Positions 1 to 9,158 are shown, numbered from the stretch's first letter. The stretch is 64,000 nucleotides of DNA from a virus (IMGVR_UViG_2882828558_000007:1-64000); one strand, 5' to 3'. The notes: a model not told the origin generated them from the sequence alone. A program made the numbers and translations.

Positions 1-984
1 GCCGACGCTATCGTCGCTGCTGAGCCCGAGCCCCTGGAATACGTTCGCGTTTGCGACGCCTTCGGCACCGGCTTCTTCTACATCCCGGGCACCGAAACCT
101 GCCTCAAGATCAGCGGTTACGTCCGTTTCCAGACCGACTTCGGTCGTGACGAATTCGGCAATTCCGACTGGAGCTCCTGGACGCGCGCTCGCGTCGCTTT
201 CGACGCGAAGTCTGACACGGAACTCGGCACGCTCACCAGCTTCATCGCCATCCACGGCGAGTCTGGTCACGGCGGTTTGGGCCTCGATATCGAGAACGCA
301 GAACTTGTCGGTCTTGGTAGCGGTGCTTCGAGCGACTTCTATATTGATGAAGCCTACATCGAACTCGGCGGCTTCCGCGTCGGTACCTTCCTGAACTGGT
401 GGGATAACGACCTGATCGGCGAAACCGAAACGGCGTCGAACATCACCCGCTTCACCTCGGTTCGTTACGTCTATGACGGCGGCACGTTCCGCGCCGGCCT
501 CAGCGTCGATGAAATCCCGGATTACACCGACCTTCTTACGAATGCCACGTACCACAACGGCTTCGGCGTCTCCGGTATGGTTGCTGCCACCCTCGGCGGC
601 GTGAACTTCGAACTGCTCGGTGCATACGACGACTCGACCGAAGAAGGCGCAGTCCGCGCTTGGCTGTCGGCTGAAGTTGGCCCGGGCACGTTCGAGCTGA
701 TGGGTCTCTATGCCAGCGGCCCGAACGCTTACTATGACGCTGCTGAGTGGAGCGTTGCAGCAGACTACTCGTTCAAGGCAACCGAAAAGCTGACGATCAC
801 CCCCGGTGCTCAGTACTTCGGTGACTACGGTCTCATCGACGGCAACGACGCATGGCGCGTTGGCCTGACGGTTGACTACGCTATCGTTGACAACCTCGCC
901 CTCAAGGCAACCGTCAACTACACGGATCCGGACAACGAGGACGATTTCGTCACCGGCTTCCTGCGTCTGCAGCGTAACTTCTAA
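1..984 (+). CDS. ropA: Outer membrane porin, RopA/Omp2b family (5'-truncated by window edge; host gene)
   Basis: Frame 1 reads ADAIVAAEPEPLEYVRVCDAFGTGFFYIPGTETCLKISGYVR, the alphaproteobacterial porin N-terminal signature; ends ...LRLQRNF with a terminal Phe. Confidence 0.9.
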   Translation, partial: ADAIVAAEPEPLEYVRVCDAFGTGFFYIPGTETCLKISGYVRFQTDFGRDEFGNSDWSSWTRARVAFDAKSDTELGTLTSFIAIHGESGHGGLGLDIENAELVGLGSGASSDFYIDEAYIELGGFRVGTFLNWWDNDLIGETETASNITRFTSVRYVYDGGTFRAGLSVDEIPDYTDLLTNATYHNGFGVSGMVAATLGGVNFELLGAYDDSTEEGAVRAWLSAEVGPGTFELMGLYASGPNAYYDAAEWSVAADYSFKATEKLTITPGAQYFGDYGLIDGNDAWRVGLTVDYAIVDNLALKATVNYTDPDNEDDFVTGFLRLQRNF

Positions 985-1009
985 GCCAATTTGGCTTAGC
1001 TCATCCAAA

Positions 1010-1040
1010 AACGGAGAACCCGGCTGTAGGTCGGGTTTTT
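1010..1040 (+). terminator. Rho-independent terminator after the porin gene
   Basis: AACCCG(1017-1022)/CGGGTT(1032-1037) stem followed by a T-run; a separate palindrome CTAAGCCAA-T-TTGGCTTAG spans 981-999. Confidence 0.65.
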
Positions 1041-1134
1041 CGCGTTCCGGCTAGTTTTTGGGGTTAATTAGCAGGAAATTTATAAGCAATTTAATGCAAC
1101 CAATGCGCGTCACATCGGGCGCAGTCAGGTCAGC

Positions 1135-2034
1135 ATGTTAAATCACCCCTTGATGAGCGGCCCCTACCGCTTGAGCTATCAGTTTCAGAACGCTTCCAAT
1201 CAGGCTTCGCTTCGCGCCCTGCTCGACCGCTATGTCGACGTTCTCTGGGAACCGGGCTCGCATAAATACAATGTCACGTCCTTCGTCGGCGAGCTCGACG
1301 AGATCCTGCTCGGCGTCGAGTTTTCGGACTTCACCGACGAGATGCTGGATACGCTGACGTCGTCGCTTCGCAAGCGCGGCAACAGCAATGCCACGATCAA
1401 CCGCAAGATGGCGGCGCTCAGCAAGCTTCTGAAGAAGGCCCAGAAGATGGGCGACATCCAAAGCCTGCCGGAGTTCAAGCGCCTGAAGGAGAAGGCCGGA
1501 CGCATCCGCTTTCTCGAGCCGGAAGAGGAAAACCGGCTGTTCGCCGCCATATCCGAGAAATCGGAACTCTATGGTCGCTTCTGCATCTTCCTCATCGACA
1601 CCGGCGCGCGGCTTGGCGAGGGTATCGGCCTTCGATGGCAGGATATGAATCAGGACCGCGTGACGTTCTGGCTGACGAAAAGCGGCAAAAGCCGCTCTGT
1701 TCCCCTCACCGAGCGGGCAGCGGCCGCCATTCAGGCTTCGGAGCGCAGGCGGCGCGGGCCTTTCACGAACATCGTCCAGGCAAAGTTCCGGGCGGCGTGG
1801 AACGAGGCCAAGCAGGAGGTCGGTCTCGGCGCGGAACCGGACGTGGTGCCGCATATCCTGCGGCACACCTGCGCGTCACGGCTCGTGCAGGGCGGGATCG
1901 ATATCCGGCGCGTGCAGACATGGCTCGGGCACCAGACGCTGCAGATGACCATGCGTTATGCGCACCTGGCATCCGGCGATCTCGATGTCTGTGTTCCCGT
2001 TCTGGAACACGCCGCGCGCGTCAAAGCGGGGTAG
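1135..2034 (+). CDS. Tyrosine recombinase, XerC-like (host side of att)
   Basis: DTGARLGE (R), HILRHTCASRL (H-x-x-R), LGHQTLQMTMRYAH (H, Y) catalytic motifs. Confidence 0.9.
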   Translation: MLNHPLMSGPYRLSYQFQNASNQASLRALLDRYVDVLWEPGSHKYNVTSFVGELDEILLGVEFSDFTDEMLDTLTSSLRKRGNSNATINRKMAALSKLLKKAQKMGDIQSLPEFKRLKEKAGRIRFLEPEEENRLFAAISEKSELYGRFCIFLIDTGARLGEGIGLRWQDMNQDRVTFWLTKSGKSRSVPLTERAAAAIQASERRRRGPFTNIVQAKFRAAWNEAKQEVGLGAEPDVVPHILRHTCASRLVQGGIDIRRVQTWLGHQTLQMTMRYAHLASGDLDVCVPVLEHAARVKAG

Positions 2035-2264
2035 GCCCGCCTTTGCACGGCGGGAGGCATTCTGTGCCTCCCGAATCATCGGCTTGAAAAGCCCTGAGAG
2101 CGTGGCCGTGCTCGACACGGCCCGCATGGAGACGATGCGCAAAAGACCGCTGCGCGTGCAGAGGACGGCCGCACGGACTAAGGCGCGAGAAATTCTGGAT
2201 ATTGTCGCAAAAATCTAAAAATGCCTTGCAATCCCGACCCATGCCGCATAGTGAAATCGCGAGC

Positions 2265-2306
2265 GGAGAGGTGGCCGAGTGGTCGAAGGCGCTCCCCTGC
2301 TAAGGG
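2265..2306 (+). pseudogene. 5' half of tRNA-Ser(GCT), interrupted in the anticodon arm; prophage attachment junction
   Basis: GGAGAGGTGGCCGAGTGGTCGAAGGCGCTCCCCTGCTAAGGG gives acceptor 5' strand, D arm and anticodon loop CTGCTAA; the following sequence has no variable arm, T arm or CCA. Confidence 0.85.
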
Positions 2307-3388
2307 CGGTTGCTTGCAGATTTTGCCTGCAAGTCACTGATTTCATTGAGAAAATCAGCCTCTTCAATTTCCGTAGCTTCCGTGTGCAGGATTTGTGCAC
2401 TTTTTTCGACGTTCTCGCCGAAGATAGCATCCACGACGTCGTGAGCCGGATCGGCCTTTGCGTACGTATCCATCATCACTTTTGGACTGGCCCATCCACC
2501 TAAGCGTGCAGCGGTAACTGGGTCTATACCGCGTCGGACAACAAGCTCCGTGGCGAATGTGACGCGGCCAGCGGAGTGTGGCGGCGCATACGCGATGCCA
2601 GCGTCGTCACACACAGATTTCCACCCATTGTACACGGCGTGCCGGCTTGCGTAGCCGAATAGGCCGTTGACCTTCTTCTTGTTCTGCCGGTTCCTTTTGG
2701 GGTCGACGGCCATCAGCGGCCGAAGCATTTCTGCGAGGACTGGAGAGATGCGCGTCAGGCGAGGCTTGGTCTTCGTCTTGGTGAGCATTACCGTCCGCGC
2801 CTCCAGGTCAACATCGTTCGCCGTGACGCGGCACGCCTCACTGATGCGGGCGGCCGTCTCCCACATGAACCGGGCCATGGCCGTCATGCCTGGAGATTTT
2901 GACTTCGCGGCGAACTTGGCGTGCCACTCAGCGTCAACGGCCTCCTTCTTCTTCGGGTCGACGGCGAATCGCTTGATCTTGATTTGCCGGCCGTCCTCAT
3001 CCTGGTAGGCGAAATTCACTATTGCCTGCACGGGGGTCAGGACTTGCCTGTTCAATGTCGCTGGCGATGCGGCTGGGTATAGGTCTTTCGCGTGTTGGCG
3101 AACCCACTCCGGTTTCAGCCCGCGCAGCTTGCGCTTCCCCCACTTCTTGATGATTGGCTCGATGAACCGACCATCTTTCCCAGCCGCGAGATAGGCGTAT
3201 GCAGCGTCCGCTATCGTCTTCTCTTCATCAAAGCCCCGCTGATCGGCCAGCCTGATTTGAGCCGCCCTCTCCTCTGCTAGCGCTTGAGCTTCCTTTTTCG
3301 AAGCAAGGCCAGTGCTTTCTCGGTGGTATCCGTCGGGGCGACTGACGCCGAAGTAGTAGACCTTCCCTCGTTTGAATAACTTCGCCAT
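2300..3388 (-). CDS. int: Phage integrase (tyrosine recombinase)
   Basis: ETAARISEA, KTKTK, HSAGR, LGGW, MDTYAK motifs; N-terminal arm-binding-like segment; adjacent to the tRNA fragment. Confidence 0.9.
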   Translation of the reverse strand: MAKLFKRGKVYYFGVSRPDGYHRESTGLASKKEAQALAEERAAQIRLADQRGFDEEKTIADAAYAYLAAGKDGRFIEPIIKKWGKRKLRGLKPEWVRQHAKDLYPAASPATLNRQVLTPVQAIVNFAYQDEDGRQIKIKRFAVDPKKKEAVDAEWHAKFAAKSKSPGMTAMARFMWETAARISEACRVTANDVDLEARTVMLTKTKTKPRLTRISPVLAEMLRPLMAVDPKRNRQNKKKVNGLFGYASRHAVYNGWKSVCDDAGIAYAPPHSAGRVTFATELVVRRGIDPVTAARLGGWASPKVMMDTYAKADPAHDVVDAIFGENVEKSAQILHTEATEIEEADFLNEISDLQAKSASNRP

Positions 3389-3600
3389 TTGGCTTTTTCC
3401 TCTTTAAGCAGTTCCGGTATGTCGTCGATGGAGATGAGCATCGCTCTTCCTATCTTTCTTGAGACGCCCACCCGCCTGGCTTTCTCCCAGACGGTGCGCG
3501 CCGACATACTAACACCACTCGCAGCGGTGATCCTCTCAGCGATGGCCTCTGGCGTCAGGAGCCGGTCGATAGCCGGTATATTGTCGTTATCGTGGTGCAT
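3277..3600 (-). CDS. Putative excisionase / HTH DNA-binding protein
   Basis: LLTPEAIAERI...SARTVWEKARR winged-helix pattern; directly upstream of and overlapping int; AGAGGAG RBS. Confidence 0.65.
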   Translation of the reverse strand: MHHDNDNIPAIDRLLTPEAIAERITAASGVSMSARTVWEKARRVGVSRKIGRAMLISIDDIPELLKEEKAKWRSYSNEGRSTTSASVAPTDTTEKALALLRKRKLKR

Positions 3601-3642
3601 TGCTCTCCTCTTTGCGGCCGTTTGACGGGCGGGGTTGGGTGG

Positions 3643-3882
3643 TTATGGATTGAGGATAGTTTGCGCGATGTGCTCTGCCACGCGATGCCCGCCGACAGGC
3701 CCCCATCCGTTTAGGTGCCGTGCCACGTCAGAGCAGCGCTGGCGCTCTGCGAGGATGGCGGCGGCGATGAGGTGAACGGCCGGCGCATCGTCCGTTGTGT
3801 CCATTGGAATATCGCCTATCTTCTGCAGTTGCTCATGCACCTCGCATGCGGCAGTCACGACATCTTCCGGCATGTTGCTCAC
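3643..3882 (-). CDS. Hypothetical phage protein
   Basis: 79 aa ORF, AGGAGG RBS, overlap with the upstream gene. Confidence 0.6.
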   Translation of the reverse strand: MSNMPEDVVTAACEVHEQLQKIGDIPMDTTDDAPAVHLIAAAILAERQRCSDVARHLNGWGPVGGHRVAEHIAQTILNP

Positions 3883-4073
3883 GTCGCCCTCCTATAAACG
3901 ATGCGCCCAGACTTCCTGCACATAACGAACCATCCTCCCGTGCCGTTGCGGATGCAAGACGACACAGCATCGGACATCCAGCCCCATACCGTGTGCACTG
4001 TCCCATCGGGCCGGCAGGTTAGATAGTGCCTCACGCTGCCCTCCTGATGGCTTCTAGCCCGTACAGAAGCCAT
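3879..4073 (-). CDS. Hypothetical phage protein (start uncertain, possibly GTG near 4034)
   Basis: Fits the chain of coupled ORFs. Confidence 0.45.
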   Translation of the reverse strand: MASVRARSHQEGSVRHYLTCRPDGTVHTVWGWMSDAVSSCIRNGTGGWFVMCRKSGRIVYRRAT

Positions 4074-4750
4074 TCCGTTTCGCGCTCCAGATCCTGCACC
4101 GTTGCCGCGATAATCGTATGATCTGCCTCAACAAGCGCCTGCACGCTGTCACTCTCTATGCCTTCCGGTCCTTCGAAGTCAGGCCGTTCCAGCCGCAAGA
4201 CAACTCCGCCCTGCGCCTTAAACCACGGCGCTTCATACACAAGGCTCTCCACGACGATCGGTGCTCGCGGCGACTCCCGACGAATGCGGGCAATCTCCAT
4301 GGCGAGTGTCCATTCTACTCCCATCGTCACACCCATAAAGTGACCGAACTTCTCTAAGAAGAATCGCGGGGCCACGTTGCCAGGCAGATGAGAAGACGGC
4401 ACGTCCTTCAACTCGCCGTAAACCATGCGCTCGGCAAGTATGATGTCTCCAGTGACGTGTGCGAAGTAATATAGGGCCGCCTCCTTGCCGCCGTCGAAGG
4501 CATGCGCGCGGGCGAACCCATAGCGCTCTTCAAGCAGTGTGGCGACGGTGGACTTGCCGACATTACGCTTTCCAGTAATGCCGAGAAGTAGCGGGCGATG
4601 GTTGTCGTTGGCAACCACCATCTCGGCGCTGTTCAGGTATGAAAACCGGCCCGCTGACGGCTCACGCAGCCGCTCTACTGGTTCATGGCTTAACCGCTCA
4701 TACTTCCCGATCGCCGCACCGAGGGCGGCAAGTTGCGGTTCGTGAGTCAT
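4031..4750 (-). CDS. Deoxynucleoside monophosphate kinase-like P-loop protein
   Basis: GITGKRNVGKSTVA Walker A; ESDSVQAL...ADHTII C-terminus as in phage dNMP kinases. Confidence 0.7.
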   Translation of the reverse strand: MTHEPQLAALGAAIGKYERLSHEPVERLREPSAGRFSYLNSAEMVVANDNHRPLLLGITGKRNVGKSTVATLLEERYGFARAHAFDGGKEAALYYFAHVTGDIILAERMVYGELKDVPSSHLPGNVAPRFFLEKFGHFMGVTMGVEWTLAMEIARIRRESPRAPIVVESLVYEAPWFKAQGGVVLRLERPDFEGPEGIESDSVQALVEADHTIIAATVQDLERETEWLLYGLEAIRRAA

Positions 4751-5013
4751 GGTTTTTCCTCCAGTGCGGCGTTGATCATGGCTTGCCAGAGAGATTCGAC
4801 GTTGTGGTAGTCGAACTCAAGCCCTACGTGCTGCATCCCCTCCGTCGGCTCCCGCATCGCCTCAATGGCGGCGCGGGCGGTGCGCTCAAAGTTTCGGATG
4901 ATGCGCCAGCCGTCTGGAGTAGATTCCTGCCTTTCCTCCGGCGGGGTCTCGACTATAGCCCTCGCCACCCGCTCAATCATGCTCAACGATTCTTCTTTTT
5001 GTTGAACAGTCAT
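4747..5013 (-). CDS. Hypothetical phage protein
   Basis: MTVQQKEESLSMIERVARAI...ARAAIEAMREPTEGM, a pattern common in rhizobial phage ORFs; GGAGG RBS. Confidence 0.6.
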   Translation of the reverse strand: MTVQQKEESLSMIERVARAIVETPPEERQESTPDGWRIIRNFERTARAAIEAMREPTEGMQHVGLEFDYHNVESLWQAMINAALEEKP

Positions 5014-5122
5014 GCGCCCCTCCTTGCCGACATGAAGAACGACGTCTTCTTGAACACCGCCACGCCCATCTCCTCGATTGCTGCGCGCACTGCCGCAGCA
5101 ATGGCCTGTTCCTGTTCCTTGG

Positions 5123-5323
5123 TCATGCTGCCTCTCCTTTTTTCCCAAGCAGTTCGGCGAGCCGGTCGAACCAGATGTTCACGCCCTCAACTAGCTTTTC
5201 ACGATCGTGGTCGAATACCGGGCCGCTGTTTAGCTTCCGCAGGTTGTCGGCGAGGCCCGAAGCGTAATCAGCAGCCTGCCGGATTCTTGTGCTCTGGTCC
5301 GCGTGCAGGTTTAGGTCCATCAA
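5123..5323 (-). CDS. Hypothetical phage protein
   Basis: 66 aa, coupled to neighbours. Confidence 0.55.
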   Translation of the reverse strand: MMDLNLHADQSTRIRQAADYASGLADNLRKLNSGPVFDHDREKLVEGVNIWFDRLAELLGKKGEAA

Positions 5324-5685
5324 ACCGTCTCCTCTTCCTTCACCTTTTCGCGCCGCTTAGGCTCATCCACGCTGGGCGCCAGCGGTTGGCCGGGCACAAG
5401 TAGCGCCCGCAGACCGCCAAGCCTGTCCTTGACGAGCGGCCGGAACCGGCGAGCGGCATACGGTGCGTCGAGAATGCCCCATGCCTCGCCGAACTTGCTG
5501 TCGATGCCTTCAAGCTTCACGCCCAGATAATCGCCGAAGACGTAGTGACTGGCCATGCCGACCCATCTGATGGTGAAGATATCGCCTTCGGTCAGATTAA
5601 CGTCCTTGACCGAAGCTCCGCCTTCCAGCGGCACCTGGTCATCCACGCAAACGACCTGCTGGCCGACGTAGAACTGGTAGGTCAT
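5320..5685 (-). CDS. Hypothetical phage protein (FYVGQQVVCVD N-terminus)
   Basis: 121 aa, coupled ORF. Confidence 0.6.
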   Translation of the reverse strand: MTYQFYVGQQVVCVDDQVPLEGGASVKDVNLTEGDIFTIRWVGMASHYVFGDYLGVKLEGIDSKFGEAWGILDAPYAARRFRPLVKDRLGGLRALLVPGQPLAPSVDEPKRREKVKEEETV

Positions 5686-5810
5686 TGTGAAGCCCCCACG
5701 ATTGCAAAGAAGGCGAGAACGACAAAGGCGATAGCGCGATTGCTACTCTTGGTGTTGTAGGCCGCATAAATTGCTGCTGCGGCAGCAATGCCGAGTCCGA
5801 GTCCGGTCAT
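5682..5810 (-). CDS. Small membrane protein (42 aa, not in ORF track)
   Basis: MTGLGLGIAAAAAIYAAYNTKSSNRAIAFVVLAFFAIVGASQ; ATGA overlaps at both ends. Confidence 0.55.
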   Translation of the reverse strand: MTGLGLGIAAAAAIYAAYNTKSSNRAIAFVVLAFFAIVGASQ

Positions 5811-6007
5811 GTTCGCACCTCCATCATCAGATCATCGACAGTAAACTGGCCTTCCTCATAACCGACCAGCATCTCGACGCCGACCGTATGCATGCCGCCG
5901 TCTTCGTCTGCTGCTCTTTGCTGGCGGTCAGCTATATCCTTCACGACATCCCAAAACCCAGGTGCTGGAGTGAAGGTGCCGGAAGCTTCAATGGTGGGGA
6001 AGGTCAT
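5807..6007 (-). CDS. Hypothetical phage protein
   Basis: Start moved to MTFPTIE (ATGA overlap). Confidence 0.5.
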   Translation of the reverse strand: MTFPTIEASGTFTPAPGFWDVVKDIADRQQRAADEDGGMHTVGVEMLVGYEEGQFTVDDLMMEVRT

Positions 6008-6180
6008 GCGGCCTCCGAAATGTTGTTCTTGACGGTCAAGTCTTCCGCCTTGGCGTCCCGCCAATGCCGAAGCGTTGGCGCATTGCTGTGGCGATCGACC
6101 TCAACCTGAAGAATGAGCCGGCCCGCCTCGTCGGCGCGATGACGGCTACGGCCGGTGAGAGTTTCGCGGTGATAGGTCAT
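6004..6180 (-). CDS. Hypothetical phage protein, paralog of 61940-62119
   Basis: LTGRSRHR...GRLILQVEV...HWRDAKAED. Confidence 0.6.
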   Translation of the reverse strand: MTYHRETLTGRSRHRADEAGRLILQVEVDRHSNAPTLRHWRDAKAEDLTVKNNISEAA

Positions 6181-6404
6181 GTTCGCGTCCTCCGAACAGA
6201 GGTGACTGAGTAGCTCCACGCACGCAGAGGCAAGCTAGCCTCCAGCGCCCGTTCCGCAGCGTCGTTCCAATCCTTAGCCGGAACGGTGAGCGTTACATCC
6301 CGCGTCTCCGTGTCTAGCTCATGCCCGTCGAGGTACGGATGGCGTCCATCCAGATGCACGACCACCTCATATGGATAGGTCTTTCTCTTGAACCAACGCA
6401 TCAC
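6177..6404 (-). CDS. Hypothetical phage protein
   Basis: 75 aa coupled ORF. Confidence 0.55.
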   Translation of the reverse strand: MMRWFKRKTYPYEVVVHLDGRHPYLDGHELDTETRDVTLTVPAKDWNDAAERALEASLPLRAWSYSVTSVRRTRT

Positions 6405-7069
6405 ACCCTCCCCACCTTGTTCTCAGCTAGCCACCGCGGCGATACATGAAGGATCGGCTTGCCAGCCCGCACGAACTCCTCGATCTCGTACTGCAGCCCA
6501 ACCGACTCCTGCCAGCCAGCCATCGTCAGAACGATCATACCGGCCGCGCCATCCACCAAAGGCTGGCACTGGCGCTTCCAGAAGTCCCACGTCAGCGGCA
6601 GGTCGCCCGCCAGCGTAATGGCATGGCCGTGCGCGATCGGACTGTAGACGACCATTCCGAACCGCATGAGCCGCGCGGCAGCATCCGCGACAACGCGGGC
6701 CGCAGCATCGTGGCCGGCCTCGTACTTACTGTAGGGCGAGCCGAGGTAGACGTAGCCTGACTGGTCAGCGAGAAGAGCAAGGCCTTGCGGCAGGCGCTCC
6801 TCCGGCGTCATCTCCATGTGGGGATTGTCGCCGTAGAACTGTCTGCTGTCCGTGGACGCCGGACGCCGCAGCCCGACGTAGATGCCGCCGTCGAATTCAG
6901 GCTGTGGAAGCATCGGCCGCATGTTGCCGGCCGAGTCCACGCTCATGCCAGCCGCCACATGCGTTGCTGGCACATTATCATTCGCCGGCCGATACTTCTC
7001 GAGCGAGCCGAAGGCGGTGGTGGTGAGTTCGACGGGGACAGGGGATTCGTTCTTGAATGCGTACATCAC
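6401..7069 (-). CDS. DUF1937 / nucleoside deoxyribosyltransferase-fold protein with N-terminal extension
   Basis: YVYLGSPYS...VVYSPIAHGH...W...CQPLVDGAAGMIVLTMAGWQESVGLQYEIE. Confidence 0.7.
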   Translation of the reverse strand: MMYAFKNESPVPVELTTTAFGSLEKYRPANDNVPATHVAAGMSVDSAGNMRPMLPQPEFDGGIYVGLRRPASTDSRQFYGDNPHMEMTPEERLPQGLALLADQSGYVYLGSPYSKYEAGHDAAARVVADAAARLMRFGMVVYSPIAHGHAITLAGDLPLTWDFWKRQCQPLVDGAAGMIVLTMAGWQESVGLQYEIEEFVRAGKPILHVSPRWLAENKVGRV

Positions 7070-7206
7070 GCGGCCCTCCGGATGTCTTCGATATGCGGAC
7101 CCTTGATCTCAATGGTACCCACGGGTCCACCGGCAACGTCGTCCGCAATTTCTCGGCTGAAGCACTTGACCATCCATTCGTCTACTTGGCCTTGAAAGCC
7201 ATCCAT
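7066..7206 (-). CDS. Small hypothetical protein (46 aa)
   Basis: MDGFQGQVERMVKC...DIRRAA; AGAGGAG RBS. Confidence 0.45.
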   Translation of the reverse strand: MDGFQGQVDEWMVKCFSREIADDVAGGPVGTIEIKGPHIEDIRRAA

Positions 7207-7258
7207 CTAAGTCTCCTCTTGTGGTAGTCCTGCCGGTTGGTGGCCGGCAGGGTGGTGG

Positions 7259-7546
7259 TTAGCGTCGGCTTGATCGCAGCCGCTCGTTAGGATCATGCGG
7301 GATTTCTATCCAGCCTATCCGCAACGTGGAGTATCCGTTAAAAAACTCGCGCCGGAAGGCGTAATACCATTCGCGCCACGTTGGTTTGCGGCGGCGCTCG
7401 AACACACGCGCCGCTACCGTGGACACCCTATGACCTTGACGGATCGCCCTGACTATCTCTCCGAACATGAGGCAGGTTAGAAGCGTGACTACGCCAACGC
7501 CTATGGCCGCGAAGGGCGTCACCAACAATATGATCAAGGAGCTCAA
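7259..7546 (-). CDS. Membrane-anchored hypothetical protein (TTG start)
   Basis: N-terminal hydrophobic helix; start overlaps the upstream stop; AGGAG RBS. Confidence 0.5.
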   Translation of the reverse strand: MSSLIILLVTPFAAIGVGVVTLLTCLMFGEIVRAIRQGHRVSTVAARVFERRRKPTWREWYYAFRREFFNGYSTLRIGWIEIPHDPNERLRSSRR

Positions 7547-8793
7547 GCCACACTCCTCTGTTCTGCCGGCACGTTGTCGTTGGCCGCATCCATCATGGCC
7601 ACCCGGACACGCGACACCTCGCCGAACTCGCGATGGTACGAGATCGACTGCATCGACCGCCCCGATAGGAAGCCCGCTCCGAAATGCCACGCATCCTGGG
7701 GCGTCGGCGTCTGGTGCGATTCAGAAATCACGCCATTGCCTTCTGTCGCGAACTTGCTGGAGTGGTGGATATGGAATCCGTGCACGAAACGGTGACGGGT
7801 AGCGCCCCAGTCCTCCGCCCGGCGGTGCGCCATGATGCTGGCCATATCCTTCAGCTTGACGGTGTGCCCGTGTGTGGCGCCAAGCAGCACCTTGCCGAAC
7901 CGAAACCAGAAGAACAGCGACGGGTCGACGTCGACCGTCACGCGAGGCTCGTTGCGATACCAGGCCAGTAGGAAATAGGCGACCGCGACCGAGGCGTGTT
8001 CGTCGTGGTTGCCCGGCAGGATGCGCACCGTGACGTGGCCGTGCCGGCGGAGATTGGCGTCGATCGTGCGAACGACCAGTCGGCAGGCCGTCATCAGCAC
8101 CTTCTGATACCGCCCATCGACCTGCAGGGCGTTGCCCGACCGCGCCGTCTTGTTCTCGTTCGTATCGCTATGCAAAAGGTCCCCGCCACCCAGCACGATA
8201 GCATGAGCGCTCCGCGGTGTGCGGCTGATAAGGTCTTCGACGCCACGACCGATCGTGTCTTCGGCCAGTTTGAGGTCCCAGTTCGTGTCGGCCTCGCGAT
8301 GCCACGCGAATAGGCCTATGTGCCAGTCAGCCAGCGGCGTGAGCGTGAGCAGATCCTGGCACGCCATGGATGGCGCCATCGTCGGGCGCGCAGGCTCAAC
8401 ATCCTTGAACGCCTCCTTCAGGATTTCGGCTATATCCTGCGGCGCATATTCGTTGCGGGTCTTCACCCACCGCTGAATCGTCCGGCCTTCCGCATCAACA
8501 AGCGCCGATACGCCCTTGACGGTATGTCCTGCTGGCACCTCGAATTCCGGGCCGACATCCGGCTTCTGCTGCACATAGTCGCCGTGCGGGCCGTTGCTCA
8601 CCTTCACGATGCGGAATCCCGGCAACACCGGCTTGGTGCCAAGTAACCCCCGCTCCGCCGCCCGTCTGAGGCGGTTCTGGAAGCTGGAGCGCGCAAGGCC
8701 GAGCGCGGCGGCCGCAGCAGACTGGCTGCCGTGCGCATGCATGGCGGCAACGGCTTCGGCGATCTGTTCGTCAGTTAGGATTGGTTGGGGCAT
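7543..8793 (-). CDS. Calcineurin-like metallophosphoesterase with N-terminal HTH
   Basis: LADWHIG, GGGDLLH, LPGNHD, ATHGH, HGFHIHH motifs; SQSAAAAALGLARSSFQNRL HTH. Confidence 0.8.
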   Translation of the reverse strand: MPQPILTDEQIAEAVAAMHAHGSQSAAAAALGLARSSFQNRLRRAAERGLLGTKPVLPGFRIVKVSNGPHGDYVQQKPDVGPEFEVPAGHTVKGVSALVDAEGRTIQRWVKTRNEYAPQDIAEILKEAFKDVEPARPTMAPSMACQDLLTLTPLADWHIGLFAWHREADTNWDLKLAEDTIGRGVEDLISRTPRSAHAIVLGGGDLLHSDTNENKTARSGNALQVDGRYQKVLMTACRLVVRTIDANLRRHGHVTVRILPGNHDEHASVAVAYFLLAWYRNEPRVTVDVDPSLFFWFRFGKVLLGATHGHTVKLKDMASIMAHRRAEDWGATRHRFVHGFHIHHSSKFATEGNGVISESHQTPTPQDAWHFGAGFLSGRSMQSISYHREFGEVSRVRVAMMDAANDNVPAEQRSVA

Positions 8794-9158
8794 GTTGTCT
8801 CCATGAAACTGCTACGGATGCGGCGGACGAAGTCTTCCTGCGCTAGTGACTTCGCGCCAGCTTCGTTCGGCGCGCGGCCGATCTCCTTGCCGTTGAGGCG
8901 GACGGTCCATTCGCCCGACAATTCGTACCAAGGGCCGACGCCGTAAACGACCGTGTCGAACGGCGTTCTTGCCGTCAAAAATCTTTCAAATCGAGACCAC
9001 TTCAATGAAGGTCCCGGCGCCATATCCAGTCCGAAGCCGTGCTTGCGCAGCACCTTCAGCGCGTCCTCAAGGCCGTCGGTATAGCCCTCGTCGTAGTCGT
9101 CTATGATCGTGGCGCCACCTAGAGCCTCGATCTCGCGGTAGAGGCTGGTGAGGGTCAT
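8775..9158 (-). CDS. Hypothetical phage protein
   Basis: 127 aa coupled ORF. Confidence 0.55.
   Translation of the reverse strand: MTLTSLYREIEALGGATIIDDYDEGYTDGLEDALKVLRKHGFGLDMAPGPSLKWSRFERFLTARTPFDTVVYGVGPWYELSGEWTVRLNGKEIGRAPNEAGAKSLAQEDFVRRIRSSFMETTCPNQS

Noticed and set aside
1081-1095. TTAT-N7-TTAA as a CtrA site upstream of the host recombinase
   Set aside because: One mismatch in an AT-rich patch; not distinguishable from chance.
2265-2360. Intact tRNA-Ser
   Set aside because: No variable arm, T arm or acceptor 3' strand after position 2306.
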